The notes under the pieces are model-generated. The model ran no database searches, had not been told where the DNA came from, and saw nothing but the letters and a program-made list of their open reading frames with translations. A program made the translations under genes and the position numbers. A stretch of DNA of 64,000 bases from Acidimicrobiia bacterium (lineage in GTDB: Bacteria > Actinomycetota > Acidimicrobiia > Spongiisociales > ZC4RG35), in NCBI GenBank assembly GCA_035525055.1, contig DATLEZ010000133.1:35943-99942 (forward strand), given 5' to 3'. This document shows, piece by piece, positions 7,861 to 17,285 of the stretch. How positions within the stretch are numbered: position 1 is the first letter of the stretch; every line of letters starts with the position of its first letter.

Positions 7861-9771
7861 TTAGATCTCCACCGGGATGCCGATTTCTATGACTCGGTCT
7901 ACCGGGAGCTTGAAGTAGTCGGCGGCACTGCGGGCATTGCGGTGCATGAAATTGAACAGGCGTTCGCGGAATCCGTTGATACCTTCGGCCGGGTTTGAGA
8001 TCACATGCTCCTTGCCAAGGAAGTAGGTCGTGTGGAGCGGGTCAAAGGCCACCTCGGCCATCATCTGCCGAAGTTCGGTCGGGACGTCCGGCGCCTCCAT
8101 GAATCCATAGCGGAGTATCACCTGATAGAAACGGCTCCCGAGGTGTTCTACGTCGTCGCGGCGAGCCCTCGGCACGCGGGGCATGTCCGACGTGATGACA
8201 GCGAGGAAGACCACCGACTCGTGGACCGCGTGGTTGTGGCGCAGGTTGGCCAGGAAAGCTGGAGGAACGTTGCCCGGATTAGGGAACAGGTAGACAGCGG
8301 TTCCCTCGATGCGAGGAACCTGGGTGCGGGCCAGACTGGCGATCATCGCCTTCATCGGTTGGTGAGCCCGCTTGAGCTTGAACGACAACAGGCGCCTTCC
8401 CGTCCGCCAGGTCGTCATCACGTAGAAGACCAGCGCTGCCGCCACCAAAGGAAACCATCCGCCATGTGGAATCTTGATGAGGTTGGCAGCAAGGAAGGTG
8501 AGGTCGATGACCAGGAACAGCCCGATTAACGCGACCAGCCTGCGGCGACTCCATCGCCAGTGTTCGGCAGCAAACACACCGATCATCACGCTGGTAATGA
8601 TCATTGTGGCCGTAACCGCGATGCCGTAGGCGCCGGCCAGGTTGGCCGAATTGCCGAAACCCCATACCAGGCCCACACACGCCGCCAGCAGTAACCAGTT
8701 GACGAGTGGCAAATAGACCTGACCATGGGACGCCGCCGACGTGTGGCGAACCTCGAGGCGAGGGGTGAATCCAAGCTGGATCGCCTGATGGGTGAGCGAG
8801 AACACTCCCGATATCAATGCCTGCGACGCGATCACGGTGGCGATGGTCGCCAGGCCGACTAGCGGATAAATTGCCCACTCCGGAGCCAACAGGAAGAATG
8901 GGCTTCTGACCGCCGCGGGATCGGCCAGCAACAGGGCGCCCTGGCCGAAGTAGTTGAGTAGCAAGGCAGGAAGCACCACTGCGAACCAACCCCGCTTGAT
9001 CGGGGCTGCTCCGAAGTGGCCCAGGTCCGCATAGAGCGCCTCTCCTCCGGTCACCACCAGGACCACACCACCTAGGGCAATGAAAGCGCGCGAAGTGAAC
9101 TCGACGAAGAACCTGACGGCATAGACCGGGTTGACCGCCGCCAGAACCGACGGATGATCGATGACGTGGACGATGCCAAGCAGGGCCAGCACAGCAAACC
9201 ACACGACCATCACCGGTCCGAAGAAACGGCCGACCACCTCGCTCCCGCGTCGTTGAATGGAAAAGAGCCCCACCAGGATCGCGATCGCCGTTGGCACGAC
9301 GAACCTCGAGAGGCCGGGTGCCGCGACCTCCACTCCTTCGACAGCAGACAGCACCGAAATCGCTGGCGTGATAGCGCCGTCTCCGTAGAGCAAGGCCGCT
9401 CCGAATAGCCCGGCCAGGACCAGGCGGTTGCGTCGGCGTCGAGCTTCCTCGGTGGGCGTTACCAGAGCGGTGAGAGCGAGGATGCCACCCTCGCCGTGGT
9501 TATCCGCCCGCAACACCACCGTGACGTACTTGATCGTGATGATCACGACCAGCGACCAGAAGATCAGCGAGAGCACACCGAGGATCGATGAACGAGTGAC
9601 CGGCACCCGGTGAATTTCGGCGAATGTCTCCCGTATCGAATAGAGCGGACTTGTGCCGATGTCGCCGTAGACGATGCCGAGGGCTCCGATTGTCAGCGGC
9701 AACATTCGCTGGACCGGGCGCCTGTACGAACTCCCGGTCACCTTGGGATCTGGCAGTCGGGAGTCAGGCAT
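7861..9771 (-). CDS. kup: KUP/HAK/KT potassium uptake transporter
   Basis: '[16 protein letters not shown]' signature, about 12 TM segments and a cytoplasmic C-terminal domain. The start is placed at ATG 9771 (GGAAG 4 nt upstream). The upstream ATG at 9891 would overlap the leuB start and adds low-complexity sequence. Confidence 0.9.
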   Translation of the reverse strand: MPDSRLPDPKVTGSSYRRPVQRMLPLTIGALGIVYGDIGTSPLYSIRETFAEIHRVPVTRSSILGVLSLIFWSLVVIITIKYVTVVLRADNHGEGGILALTALVTPTEEARRRRNRLVLAGLFGAALLYGDGAITPAISVLSAVEGVEVAAPGLSRFVVPTAIAILVGLFSIQRRGSEVVGRFFGPVMVVWFAVLALLGIVHVIDHPSVLAAVNPVYAVRFFVEFTSRAFIALGGVVLVVTGGEALYADLGHFGAAPIKRGWFAVVLPALLLNYFGQGALLLADPAAVRSPFFLLAPEWAIYPLVGLATIATVIASQALISGVFSLTHQAIQLGFTPRLEVRHTSAASHGQVYLPLVNWLLLAACVGLVWGFGNSANLAGAYGIAVTATMIITSVMIGVFAAEHWRWSRRRLVALIGLFLVIDLTFLAANLIKIPHGGWFPLVAAALVFYVMTTWRTGRRLLSFKLKRAHQPMKAMIASLARTQVPRIEGTAVYLFPNPGNVPPAFLANLRHNHAVHESVVFLAVITSDMPRVPRARRDDVEHLGSRFYQVILRYGFMEAPDVPTELRQMMAEVAFDPLHTTYFLGKEHVISNPAEGINGFRERLFNFMHRNARSAADYFKLPVDRVIEIGIPVEI

Positions 9772-9884
9772 CTTGCTTCCGTAAGAACCGTGAAGGTTGT
9801 CGGAGGACGGTACCCGACGCGGGCGTCCTACCTGGGAGGACTGACCGTCCGGGGAGTCGGACGGGGTTCGTACACTCCCCGGCC

Positions 9885-10940
9885 ATGACATATCGATTGG
9901 CCGTCATTGGCGGCGACGGAGTTGGCCCCGAGGTCACTGACCAGGCACTCAAGGCAATTCGGGCGGCCGGGGGCCAATTCGGGTTCGAAATCACCACCGA
10001 GGACTATGACCTCGGGGGAAGGAGGTTCCTGACCACCGGTGAGGTGCTTCCGGCTTCGGTCCAGGAAGAACTCAGCAGGCATGACGCCATCCTGCTTGGA
10101 GCGGTTGGCACTCCTGACGTACCCCCGGGCGTCCTCGAACGAGGTCTTCTCCTGAAGTTGCGATTCGACTTCGACCTGTACATCAATTTGCGACCGGTCA
10201 GGCTCTATCCCGGTGTCCCGACTCCGATCGCGGGTCTCACCCCGGACCGTTGCGATCTGGTGGTGATCCGTGAGAACACCGAGGGCCTCTACGTAGGGGC
10301 AGGAGGGATTGCCCGCCGCGGAACTCCCCACGAGATCGCGACCCAGGAGTCGATCAACACAAGGTTCGGAGCCGAGCGAGCATGTCGGTTTGCGTTCGAG
10401 CAGGCTGTCGGCCGGCGCCGGAAGCTGACCCTTTGCCATAAGACCAACGTCCTCACGTTTGCTGCGGACCTGTGGCAACGAACCGTTCTCGAGGTCGCAG
10501 CCGACTACCCCGGCGTAGCAGTCGACTACGTCCACGTTGACGCGGCCTGCCTCTATCTGGTCCAGTCCCCCGAACGTTTCGACGTGATCGTGACCGACAA
10601 CCTGTTCGGCGACATCATCACCGACCTCGGCGCCGCGGTGCAGGGCGGACTGGGGCTGGCGGCGTCTGGCAACCTCAACCCCGACCGCACCTTTCCCTCC
10701 ATGTTCGAACCGGTTCACGGCTCAGCTCCCGACATTGCCGGCAAAGGCTGGGCCAATCCGGTAGCGGCGGTCCTCTCGGCCTCGATGTGCCTCACCCACC
10801 TTGGTGAAATCGCTGCTGGCCGGGCGGTTGAGGAGGCGGCGGTCTCGGTCCTCCCGGAGCTGAAGACGATGGGGGGTCCCGACATGGGCATGTCGACGTC
10901 CGAGATCGGCGACCTAATCGCAGCGAGGATCAGCAAGTAG
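9885..10940 (+). CDS. leuB: 3-isopropylmalate dehydrogenase
   Basis: '[17 protein letters not shown]', '[13 protein letters not shown]' and '[14 protein letters not shown]' motifs. This is an internal ATG of the 9624 ORF. Confidence 0.93.
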   Translation: MTYRLAVIGGDGVGPEVTDQALKAIRAAGGQFGFEITTEDYDLGGRRFLTTGEVLPASVQEELSRHDAILLGAVGTPDVPPGVLERGLLLKLRFDFDLYINLRPVRLYPGVPTPIAGLTPDRCDLVVIRENTEGLYVGAGGIARRGTPHEIATQESINTRFGAERACRFAFEQAVGRRRKLTLCHKTNVLTFAADLWQRTVLEVAADYPGVAVDYVHVDAACLYLVQSPERFDVIVTDNLFGDIITDLGAAVQGGLGLAASGNLNPDRTFPSMFEPVHGSAPDIAGKGWANPVAAVLSASMCLTHLGEIAAGRAVEEAAVSVLPELKTMGGPDMGMSTSEIGDLIAARISK

Positions 10941-10965
10941 CTACGGCGGTGTAGGTTCGTCGAGG

Positions 10966-11598
10966 ATGTTCGAACGTTTCACCGACAGAGCCCGGCGGGC
11001 GGTGGTGCTCGCGCAAGAGGAGGCCCGGCTCCTCAAACACAACTACATCGGCACCGAGCATGTGTTGCTGGGCTTGATTCACGACCCCGACGAAGTGTTT
11101 GCACAAGTGCTGGCGTCGCATGGTCTGAACATAGCGGCGATCCGCAACGCGGTCGTTGACATCGTCGGGGAAGGTACCGGATCTCAGACAGATCACATTC
11201 CCTTTACGCCCCGGGCCAAAAGGGTGCTCGAACTGTCGCTGCGCGAGTCCCTGCAGTTGGGACACAACTACATCGGACGCGAGCACATCTTGCTCGGACT
11301 CATTCGAGAAGGGGAAGGCATCGGCGCTCAAGTTCTGACCCGGCACGGTGTCAATCTCGACGAGCTGAGAGCGACCGTTATCAGGGAAGCGGGGTCTAGC
11401 CAGGAGGGTGCCGAGACGATCTCAGCCTATCGATGGCCGGAAGGAGTGGGGCGGGCCCGTGGAATGTGTCGACACTTGCCGGGGCAGCTGTCGGTCGAAG
11501 TCCACGAAATCTTGGGAGGCGACCCGAAGTCACCCGTGGCCGTCAGGCTCATCATTTGCACCGCTTGTGGCACCACAGTCGGTGTGTTGCCAGCCTGA
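10966..11598 (+). CDS. Clp_N (double Clp repeat) domain protein with short Cys-containing C-terminal tail
   Basis: 'MFERFTDRARRAVVLAQEEARLLKHNYIGTEHVLLGLI' and a second repeat 'FTPRAKRVLELSLRESLQLGHNYIGREHILLGLI'. There is no AAA module. The tail contains C-x...-CTAC. Confidence 0.75.
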   Translation: MFERFTDRARRAVVLAQEEARLLKHNYIGTEHVLLGLIHDPDEVFAQVLASHGLNIAAIRNAVVDIVGEGTGSQTDHIPFTPRAKRVLELSLRESLQLGHNYIGREHILLGLIREGEGIGAQVLTRHGVNLDELRATVIREAGSSQEGAETISAYRWPEGVGRARGMCRHLPGQLSVEVHEILGGDPKSPVAVRLIICTACGTTVGVLPA

Positions 11599-11616
11599 AC
11601 CACCCCCCTTCTTTGG

Positions 11617-12540
11617 CTAGGCAGGGATCCGTCGAGCCGCGACCACCTGAGCGATGACGTAGTCGGGTGCCGCAAAGACATCCCACGCGGTAAATCTCAG
11701 GATCCGATAGCCCTCCTGGATGAGTTCATTCTGGCGCCGACGATCCGAACGGAATGTGTTGCGGTCGGTGTGGTAGCGCTCTCCGTCGAGTTCGATGATC
11801 AGCCGCAGGTCGAGGTAGACAAAGTCCACTCGGGCAACAGTTCGGCCTCCGCGTTTTCAGATGCGAACCTGCGAAACCGGTAGCTCGACTCCGGTTGCCT
11901 GCAAGATCCTGAGGAACTCGTCCTCGAGTTGGCTCTGGGTGATGGCTGCCCAGCCAAGCCGATCCTCGAGGATCAGAGGCATCACCCCTGCCCCTCTTCG
12001 TCAATTGCGGGCAACTCGATGAAGGACGCTCGCCACACTCCTCAAGTCCGTGAGCTCCCGGCGCTGCGCTTCGTCGAGGGCCGGCGAAGCCATCGCCTGT
12101 CCCCACGGGACGCCAACGTCTCCGAGTGTCCGAGCAATCGACGTGATCGGAATACCTGATCGATCAACTACGTCTTGCTTCTCGAGATCACTTGACCGGT
12201 GAATGATGTGTGGACGATCGGGTCGCCGCCCCTTCATCGACGATGTCACCTCGAGCGTGCGGGGCCGCCCAATCACTCCCCAGATGTGAGCAGCTGTTGC
12301 GTGCGATGCGACGGCTGCGGAGCCCGAAGCGAAGACAGCGGTAACAACTGCACGTTCCCAGGTCGAGGCACTCCCGGCGACCACATACACCCCTTCGTAG
12401 GGTCGCAGCCACTCTCCGGTTCGGGCCCGACGGTCGAGCATCGAAGGGGTCGCGCCGGCGTCGAGGGCCATCCTCCTCGTGAAGGCACCGTAATGATGCG
12501 AGGCAATTGCGGCGATTCGAAGCAGCACTTCTCTGTCCAT
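11617..12540 (-). pseudogene. AbiEi-like N-terminal wHTH + DUF559 (Vsr-like endonuclease fold) gene interrupted by two in-frame TGA codons
   Basis: The ORFs 12540..12001 and 11829..11617 are in the same frame. The 47 codons between them ('RRGAGVMPLILEDRLGWAAITQSQLEDEFLRILQATGVELPVSQVRI') are also in frame and family-like. The only disruptions are TGA at 12003-12001 and at 11859-11857. The C-terminus 'RVDFVYLDLRLIIELDGERYH' is the DUF559 core. Confidence 0.75.
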
Positions 12541-12594
12541 GAGGCTTCTCTACGGGGTTGGCACGGACACTGCAATGGGTCCGAACGCAAGCCA

Positions 12595-12720
12595 GTCGGA
12601 CCGTTCTTTGGCGCCACAGCGTCGGTCCTGACCTTCTTTGGCGCCACAGCTTCGCCGGCGACGCCCACGCGCCAAAGAAGGAGAAAAGCGACGCCCACGG
12701 GCCAAAGAAAGCGAACCGGG
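12595..12720. repeat. 2 direct + 2 inverted copies of a TTCTTTGGCGCC-type motif (tricorn terminator / DUF559 promoter region)
   Basis: ttctttggcgccacagc occurs at 12604-12620 and 12634-12650. The inverted copies are gcgccaaagaagg at 12669-12681 and ggccaaagaaagc at 12700-12712. The flanking gcgacgcccacg is also duplicated. Confidence 0.8.
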
Positions 12721-12726
12721 ACGGAG

Positions 12727-15700
12727 CTAACGCAGTCTTGGGGGCTTTACCGAGGGGCGGTCGCCGAAGTCGGGAACCAATGGTGGCGAGGTCTCGATGA
12801 TCGAGATGAGTTCGGCTATTCCACGCTCGAGCTGGGGGTCGTCACCGCGGGCGTAGTCCTGGGGCCGGTTGATGACTTCGATGTCGGGCACCGTGCCGAA
12901 GTTCTCAACTGCGTAACCGACATCGGTGAACCAGTGGCCGAACTCCGGCTGGGTGGTCACGGTCCCGTCGACCAGCGACTGTTGGGGCCAAATTCCCACG
13001 ACTCCTCCCCAGGTGCGGACGCCGATCAGGGGTCCCAGGCCGAGCATCTTGAACGTATGGGAAAAGATGTCCCCGTCGGAGCCGGCGTTCTCATTGGTCA
13101 GACACACCATCGGCCCGGCCGGCGAATCGTTCGGAACCGCATGCGGCAGCCTCCAGCGAGTGACCTGGTAGCCGATCCGCCTTCGCACCAGCTTCTCGAT
13201 CAAGAGCTGGCTGACGTTGCCGCCTCGATTGAAACGAACGTCGATCACCAGACCCGGCAAGTCGACCGAGGACTTCCAGTATCGGTGAAACTCCGCGAAG
13301 CCCGAAGGCCCCATGTCCGGGATGTGGATATACCCGGCCTGTCCCCCGGTCCTCTCGGCGACTACCGCCCGATTGTTTTCGACCCAGTCCCGATACCGGA
13401 GGGCGTACTCGTCCGCCAGCGGGGCGATGGTGACCCGGCGTGCGGCCTTGCGTCCGGAAGCGACACTGAGGGTTACGGCCTGACCGGCCCGCTCCACCAG
13501 CAACGCCTGAGGGGAGACGACTTCCCTGGTCTCCCTTCCATCTACGGCGACGATCCGATCACCCACGGCGACGCCAGTCCCGGGCGCGGCCAGCGGTGAC
13601 GCAGCCTTCTGATCCCAGACGTCGCCCGCAGGGATGGCAGTGATCCGCCACGCACCGCGATTCCACTCGACGTCGGCCCCCAGATGGCCCTGAGTCCAGA
13701 CCGGTGGCGGGCGGTAGTCCCCCCCGAGTTCGTAAGCATGCGAGGTGCCCAGCTCCCCCTGCATCTCCCACAGGAGATCGGAAAACTCGGCCCGACTGGC
13801 CACCCGATCGACGAGTTCGAGGTATCGCTCCCGGATCCCGATCCAATCGACCCCGCCCATGTCTTCCCACCAGTAGTGGTCTCGTTGCAGGCGCCAGGCC
13901 TCTTCGAACATCTGGCGCCACTCGGCGGAGGGGTTGACCTCGACCCGAATACGGGTGAGGTCGACAAGCCCGGTTTCCCGGCCCGGCTTGTCGTTAGGGT
14001 TCTTGTCGTCCTTCCAACCCACCGGGACTACTCGCAACGCGGCCTTGGTTCTGATTGCCAGCACCTTGCCGTCGGCCGAAAGGGTGAACCCGGACACGCC
14101 GTCGGCTACGACCTCGACCTTGTCGGTGGCAAAGTCCCAACTTTCGAGACGTCCCATCGGGCCGTCCGACTCCTTCACCCCGAGGATTCCGACGACCGGC
14201 TGGGATTGGATGTATGTGCGCCCTTTCCCTGCCCTGATCCTGGAGTAGGCCGCGGGCGGCACCGGAAACGCCTGGACCCGCTCGGCGATGCCTTCGAGGT
14301 CGATCTCGGTCGTGACGGACACGGGCTCACCACTGGCAGGCGTGCCCGCAGCAGGAGCACCCGGGGTGTCGGGCGGCGCCGGCGGACCGGGGGGGCCCGG
14401 AGGTCGGGGATCACGGGCCATCACCGAAAACGGCGACCGGGCATCGGCTTTGAGCGGGATCAACATCGCAAGGGCCGCTCGCGGAAAGCCGTAGTCGTGA
14501 AAGTGGAGATCGGGCACAGGATCAAAGACCCGGGCCGAGAGAAAAGCCAGATAACGGCCCTCGGGATCGAAGCTGGGAGCCCAGTCGTCGAAGTCGGGCC
14601 GGCCGATTTGATGGGTATCGCCCGTACGAGTGTCGTGGAGGAAGAGGTTGGTGGTGGTGCGACTCACCGCCGCGGCGAAGGCCAGCCAGTTCCCGTCGGG
14701 CGACCAGGCGGTGCCAGCGATCCACGAGTAAGTGCTTCGGTGAATCTGCTCGACGGTTCCCCGACCGACATCCAACAGCAGAACCTCATGGCGATGGTTG
14801 GTGACCGCCACCAGGTCCCCTCCGCCCGGTGCCGGGTCGATGGTCCGGACTCTCCCGAGGTCCCCCTGGATGACCTTCTCTCTCTGACGCCGGACCACCT
14901 CTCCCCCGTCGGCCCGGCGCAAGGCAATCGCCTCCTCACCGGTCTCGTCGGTCACGGTCACGATCCGCTGCCCGTCGCTCAGCCACGAGGTCAGACGCTG
15001 GCGGGCGGACGACACCGGTCCGTGTCGCGCGGGCGCACCCTCCCACAGGGCCATCGTGTAGGCGCCACCACGGGCGGTGACCGCCAGCGAATGGCCTTGA
15101 GGATGAAGATCGATCGATTCGACGAATCGACCAGGCGAGTGGAACCGACGCTGGCGCTGGGGACGCGATGAGGGCAGCGAAACGGTCAATCTCGTGGTGG
15201 CCTCGGCGCGGGGATCGAACAGCCAGAGGTCGGCCCCGCAGTGGTAGATGGCCCGGCGTCCATCGGTCGATGCGAAACGGGCGTAGAAATCGCGGTGCCG
15301 GGTGTGTCGAGTGAGAGCCGTGCCGGCCGAGGTCACCGAGTAGATGTTGCCGACACCTTCGTGATCGGACAGGAAGTAGACCCTGGCCCCGATCCACATC
15401 GGGTCAGCCAGGTTCCCCGCCAACCGGACCAGCTCGACGAATTCTCCGTCACCTGCTCGATCGATCCAGAGGGATCCGGTTCGTCCGCCCCGGTAACGCT
15501 TCCAGCGGGCAGGATCGAAGGAGTTGCGGCCGATCACCACACCGGGCCCGTTTCGCTGGAAAGACACGGACCGTGACGGTCCCCAGCCCAGAGACTGAGG
15601 TCCTGGCCCGTCCACCGGGACCTCCCATAAATGACCCCAACCCTCGAAGGGTTGCCTGTGATCGCTGGTGACGATGACTCGTGAGCCATCGGGAGACCAG

Positions 15701-15981
15701 TCGGCCACCTGGGTCGCGTTGGAACCGAAGAAAGTCAACCGGCGACCGCTCCCGCCGTCGCTTGGCATGACGAAGACGTCGAGGCGCCCCTCGTCCCTCC
15801 CGACATAGGCGATCTGACGCCCGTCGGGAGAAAAGCGCGGGAAGGTCTCGGTCCCCGGGTTGGCGGTGAGCCGGTGGGCTTGTCCGCCATCGGTTCCTAC
15901 CGCCCACAGATCGTCCTCGGCCACGAACACGATTTGGTCGCGGTAGATCGTGGGATGGCGGTAGTAACCGCGAACTGCCAG
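12727..15981 (-). CDS. Tricorn-like protease (beta-propellers + PDZ + S41 C-terminal peptidase domain)
   Basis: Over 1060 aa with 'FPRFSPDGRQIAYV', repeated WD/TolB-like blades and a C-terminal 'GYIHIPDMG...VIDVRFNRGGNVSQLLIEKL...NENAGSDGDIF...GVRTWGGVVG'. The start is extended to CTG 15981, with GAGGAGG 6 nt upstream. This recovers the conserved 'GYYRHPTIYRDQIVFVAEDDLW' N-terminus, which lies upstream of the first GTG (15930). Confidence 0.88.
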   Translation of the reverse strand: MAVRGYYRHPTIYRDQIVFVAEDDLWAVGTDGGQAHRLTANPGTETFPRFSPDGRQIAYVGRDEGRLDVFVMPSDGGSGRRLTFFGSNATQVADWSPDGSRVIVTSDHRQPFEGWGHLWEVPVDGPGPQSLGWGPSRSVSFQRNGPGVVIGRNSFDPARWKRYRGGRTGSLWIDRAGDGEFVELVRLAGNLADPMWIGARVYFLSDHEGVGNIYSVTSAGTALTRHTRHRDFYARFASTDGRRAIYHCGADLWLFDPRAEATTRLTVSLPSSRPQRQRRFHSPGRFVESIDLHPQGHSLAVTARGGAYTMALWEGAPARHGPVSSARQRLTSWLSDGQRIVTVTDETGEEAIALRRADGGEVVRRQREKVIQGDLGRVRTIDPAPGGGDLVAVTNHRHEVLLLDVGRGTVEQIHRSTYSWIAGTAWSPDGNWLAFAAAVSRTTTNLFLHDTRTGDTHQIGRPDFDDWAPSFDPEGRYLAFLSARVFDPVPDLHFHDYGFPRAALAMLIPLKADARSPFSVMARDPRPPGPPGPPAPPDTPGAPAAGTPASGEPVSVTTEIDLEGIAERVQAFPVPPAAYSRIRAGKGRTYIQSQPVVGILGVKESDGPMGRLESWDFATDKVEVVADGVSGFTLSADGKVLAIRTKAALRVVPVGWKDDKNPNDKPGRETGLVDLTRIRVEVNPSAEWRQMFEEAWRLQRDHYWWEDMGGVDWIGIRERYLELVDRVASRAEFSDLLWEMQGELGTSHAYELGGDYRPPPVWTQGHLGADVEWNRGAWRITAIPAGDVWDQKAASPLAAPGTGVAVGDRIVAVDGRETREVVSPQALLVERAGQAVTLSVASGRKAARRVTIAPLADEYALRYRDWVENNRAVVAERTGGQAGYIHIPDMGPSGFAEFHRYWKSSVDLPGLVIDVRFNRGGNVSQLLIEKLVRRRIGYQVTRWRLPHAVPNDSPAGPMVCLTNENAGSDGDIFSHTFKMLGLGPLIGVRTWGGVVGIWPQQSLVDGTVTTQPEFGHWFTDVGYAVENFGTVPDIEVINRPQDYARGDDPQLERGIAELISIIETSPPLVPDFGDRPSVKPPRLR

Positions 15982-16077
15982 GGTCGGCCTCCTCGTGTGG
16001 GTCCACGATCCTAGGGGAGGCCGCCCCAGCGCAAGGCCGATCAGGAAAGAGACGGCCGGCCAGAAAGGGAAGGCCGA

Positions 16078-17265
16078 TCAAGCGGGGGAAGCGAATTCCT
16101 TGAGGAACTCGCCAAGGCGGCGCTCGTAAGCCTCAGGGCTGATGTTCCACGAACGGACATGGCCTGCCCCGGGAACGATCACAAGTCGCACCAAGTCGGG
16201 TCTTGCTTCAAAGAACTCCTGACTGCTGGACAGCGGGACGGTGTCGTCGTCGGTTCCGTGAAAGACGAGCACCGGAACATTGAGCAACTCGGCGCGGCTG
16301 ACGTAGTCGATAGCCGCCCAGTTGACCCCGAAGCGAATCGAGGACAACCTTTTGGCCGTCCACACGAGCGTTCCCGGGAGCGGAAGCGGGATCAGCGGCA
16401 ACCTTCTCTGCGACGCCCCCAGATTGACGGTCTCCTCGAAGTCGATGTTGGGCGAGTCGAAAACCGCTGCCACCACGCGGCTGTCGGGAGACCTGAACAG
16501 GTACGACGCAATATGGGCGGCGCCTGTTGAGTATCCGATCAGAACGATTCGTTCAGCCCCGCGCTCGACCGCATATGCCACGGCGCCGGCGACGTCCTCC
16601 CACTCCGATTGGCCGTAGCCGTAATAGCCGCTCGGATCAGCCGGCTCACCGGGGTCGTTGCGATAGTTGATAACGAGTTGGGGATGTCCTTCAGCGGCAA
16701 TCGGCTGCACCGCCCGGAGCGCCTCCGACCGGGGAGCTCCGAGCCCGTGGACGTGAATCACCCACAGCGAGGACGGAGCCAGGATCTCCCATGCGTTCAT
16801 CGCCCCGAGCGGGGTGTCGAATTGAACCTCGGTGTAACTCAGCCCGAACGCGCGGTCGGGATTGCCCGGGAACGCCGCCCCGTCGATGTCGGCCAGCATC
16901 CCCACCTCCGGCGGCTCTCCGTCGGTGCGAGTCATCGACCTCACCACACTGCCATCCGTTCCCTCGGAAACGACCTCGCCGAGTTGCCCGTAACCGGTGC
17001 CCCAGTCGATGCCGAGGACGCCGGTCGCGGTCAAGTCGGAGTCCTCTCCCTCGACAGCTCTCAGCCCGATGGTTCCTGCCCCGACCTCCGTGACGGAGAT
17101 GTCAAAGACCTGCTCGCCGGATTCGGGGACCAGAGCGTCTATCCGCAATTGATCAGCGAAGTAGAAACCGCCCCCCAGGTGCAACAGGATCACGATCGCC
17201 AGGACGAAGTAGGCGACTAACCGCCAGCGACGCCGTTTTTCCGAGCGGGGACCGTAACAAACCAC
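16078..17265 (-). CDS. Membrane-anchored alpha/beta hydrolase
   Basis: N-terminal TM 'WRLVAYFVLAIVILLHLGG', 'VIHVHGLG', nucleophile elbow 'GYSTGA' and C-terminal 'VFHGTDDDTVP...GAGH'. The start is set at GTG 17265, downstream of the preceding stop. Confidence 0.7.
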   Translation of the reverse strand: MVCYGPRSEKRRRWRLVAYFVLAIVILLHLGGGFYFADQLRIDALVPESGEQVFDISVTEVGAGTIGLRAVEGEDSDLTATGVLGIDWGTGYGQLGEVVSEGTDGSVVRSMTRTDGEPPEVGMLADIDGAAFPGNPDRAFGLSYTEVQFDTPLGAMNAWEILAPSSLWVIHVHGLGAPRSEALRAVQPIAAEGHPQLVINYRNDPGEPADPSGYYGYGQSEWEDVAGAVAYAVERGAERIVLIGYSTGAAHIASYLFRSPDSRVVAAVFDSPNIDFEETVNLGASQRRLPLIPLPLPGTLVWTAKRLSSIRFGVNWAAIDYVSRAELLNVPVLVFHGTDDDTVPLSSSQEFFEARPDLVRLVIVPGAGHVRSWNISPEAYERRLGEFLKEFASPA

Positions 17266-17285
17266 CTGGACATTCTTCCAGAACC

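Noticed and set aside
9772-9891. c-di-AMP (ydaO/kimA-type) riboswitch upstream of kup.
   Set aside because: Potassium transporters are common targets, but the minus-strand leader lacks the conserved ydaO blocks as I recall them, such as the ...CCGA.CCCG..CAGCTAACCTCGTAAGCG-type segment. The region is also only about 110 nt and is shared with the leuB promoter.
11857-12003. Selenocysteine or genome-wide TGA reassignment as the explanation for the in-frame TGAs in the DUF559 gene.
   Set aside because: Many well-supported genes in this window terminate at TGA (for example ilvB, ilvC, leuA and hisD). There is no obvious SECIS-like hairpin directly 3' of either TGA, and DUF559 proteins are not known selenoproteins. 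Pseudogenisation or local read-through is more plausible.
12558-12800. 80-aa ORF with internal 'LWRHS' and 'DAHxPKK' repeats.
   Set aside because: The apparent peptide repeats are just the translation of the DNA direct and inverted repeats in the 12595-12720 array. The ORF also overlaps the tricorn 3' end on the opposite strand, and I see no RBS or coding signal.
16033-16080. Direct repeat AAGGCCGATCA (x2, 37 nt apart) near the hydrolase stop codon, considered as a possible insertion scar.
   Set aside because: The repeat is short (11 nt), one copy overlaps the coding end, and there are no associated mobile genes or inverted repeats. The evidence is insufficient.
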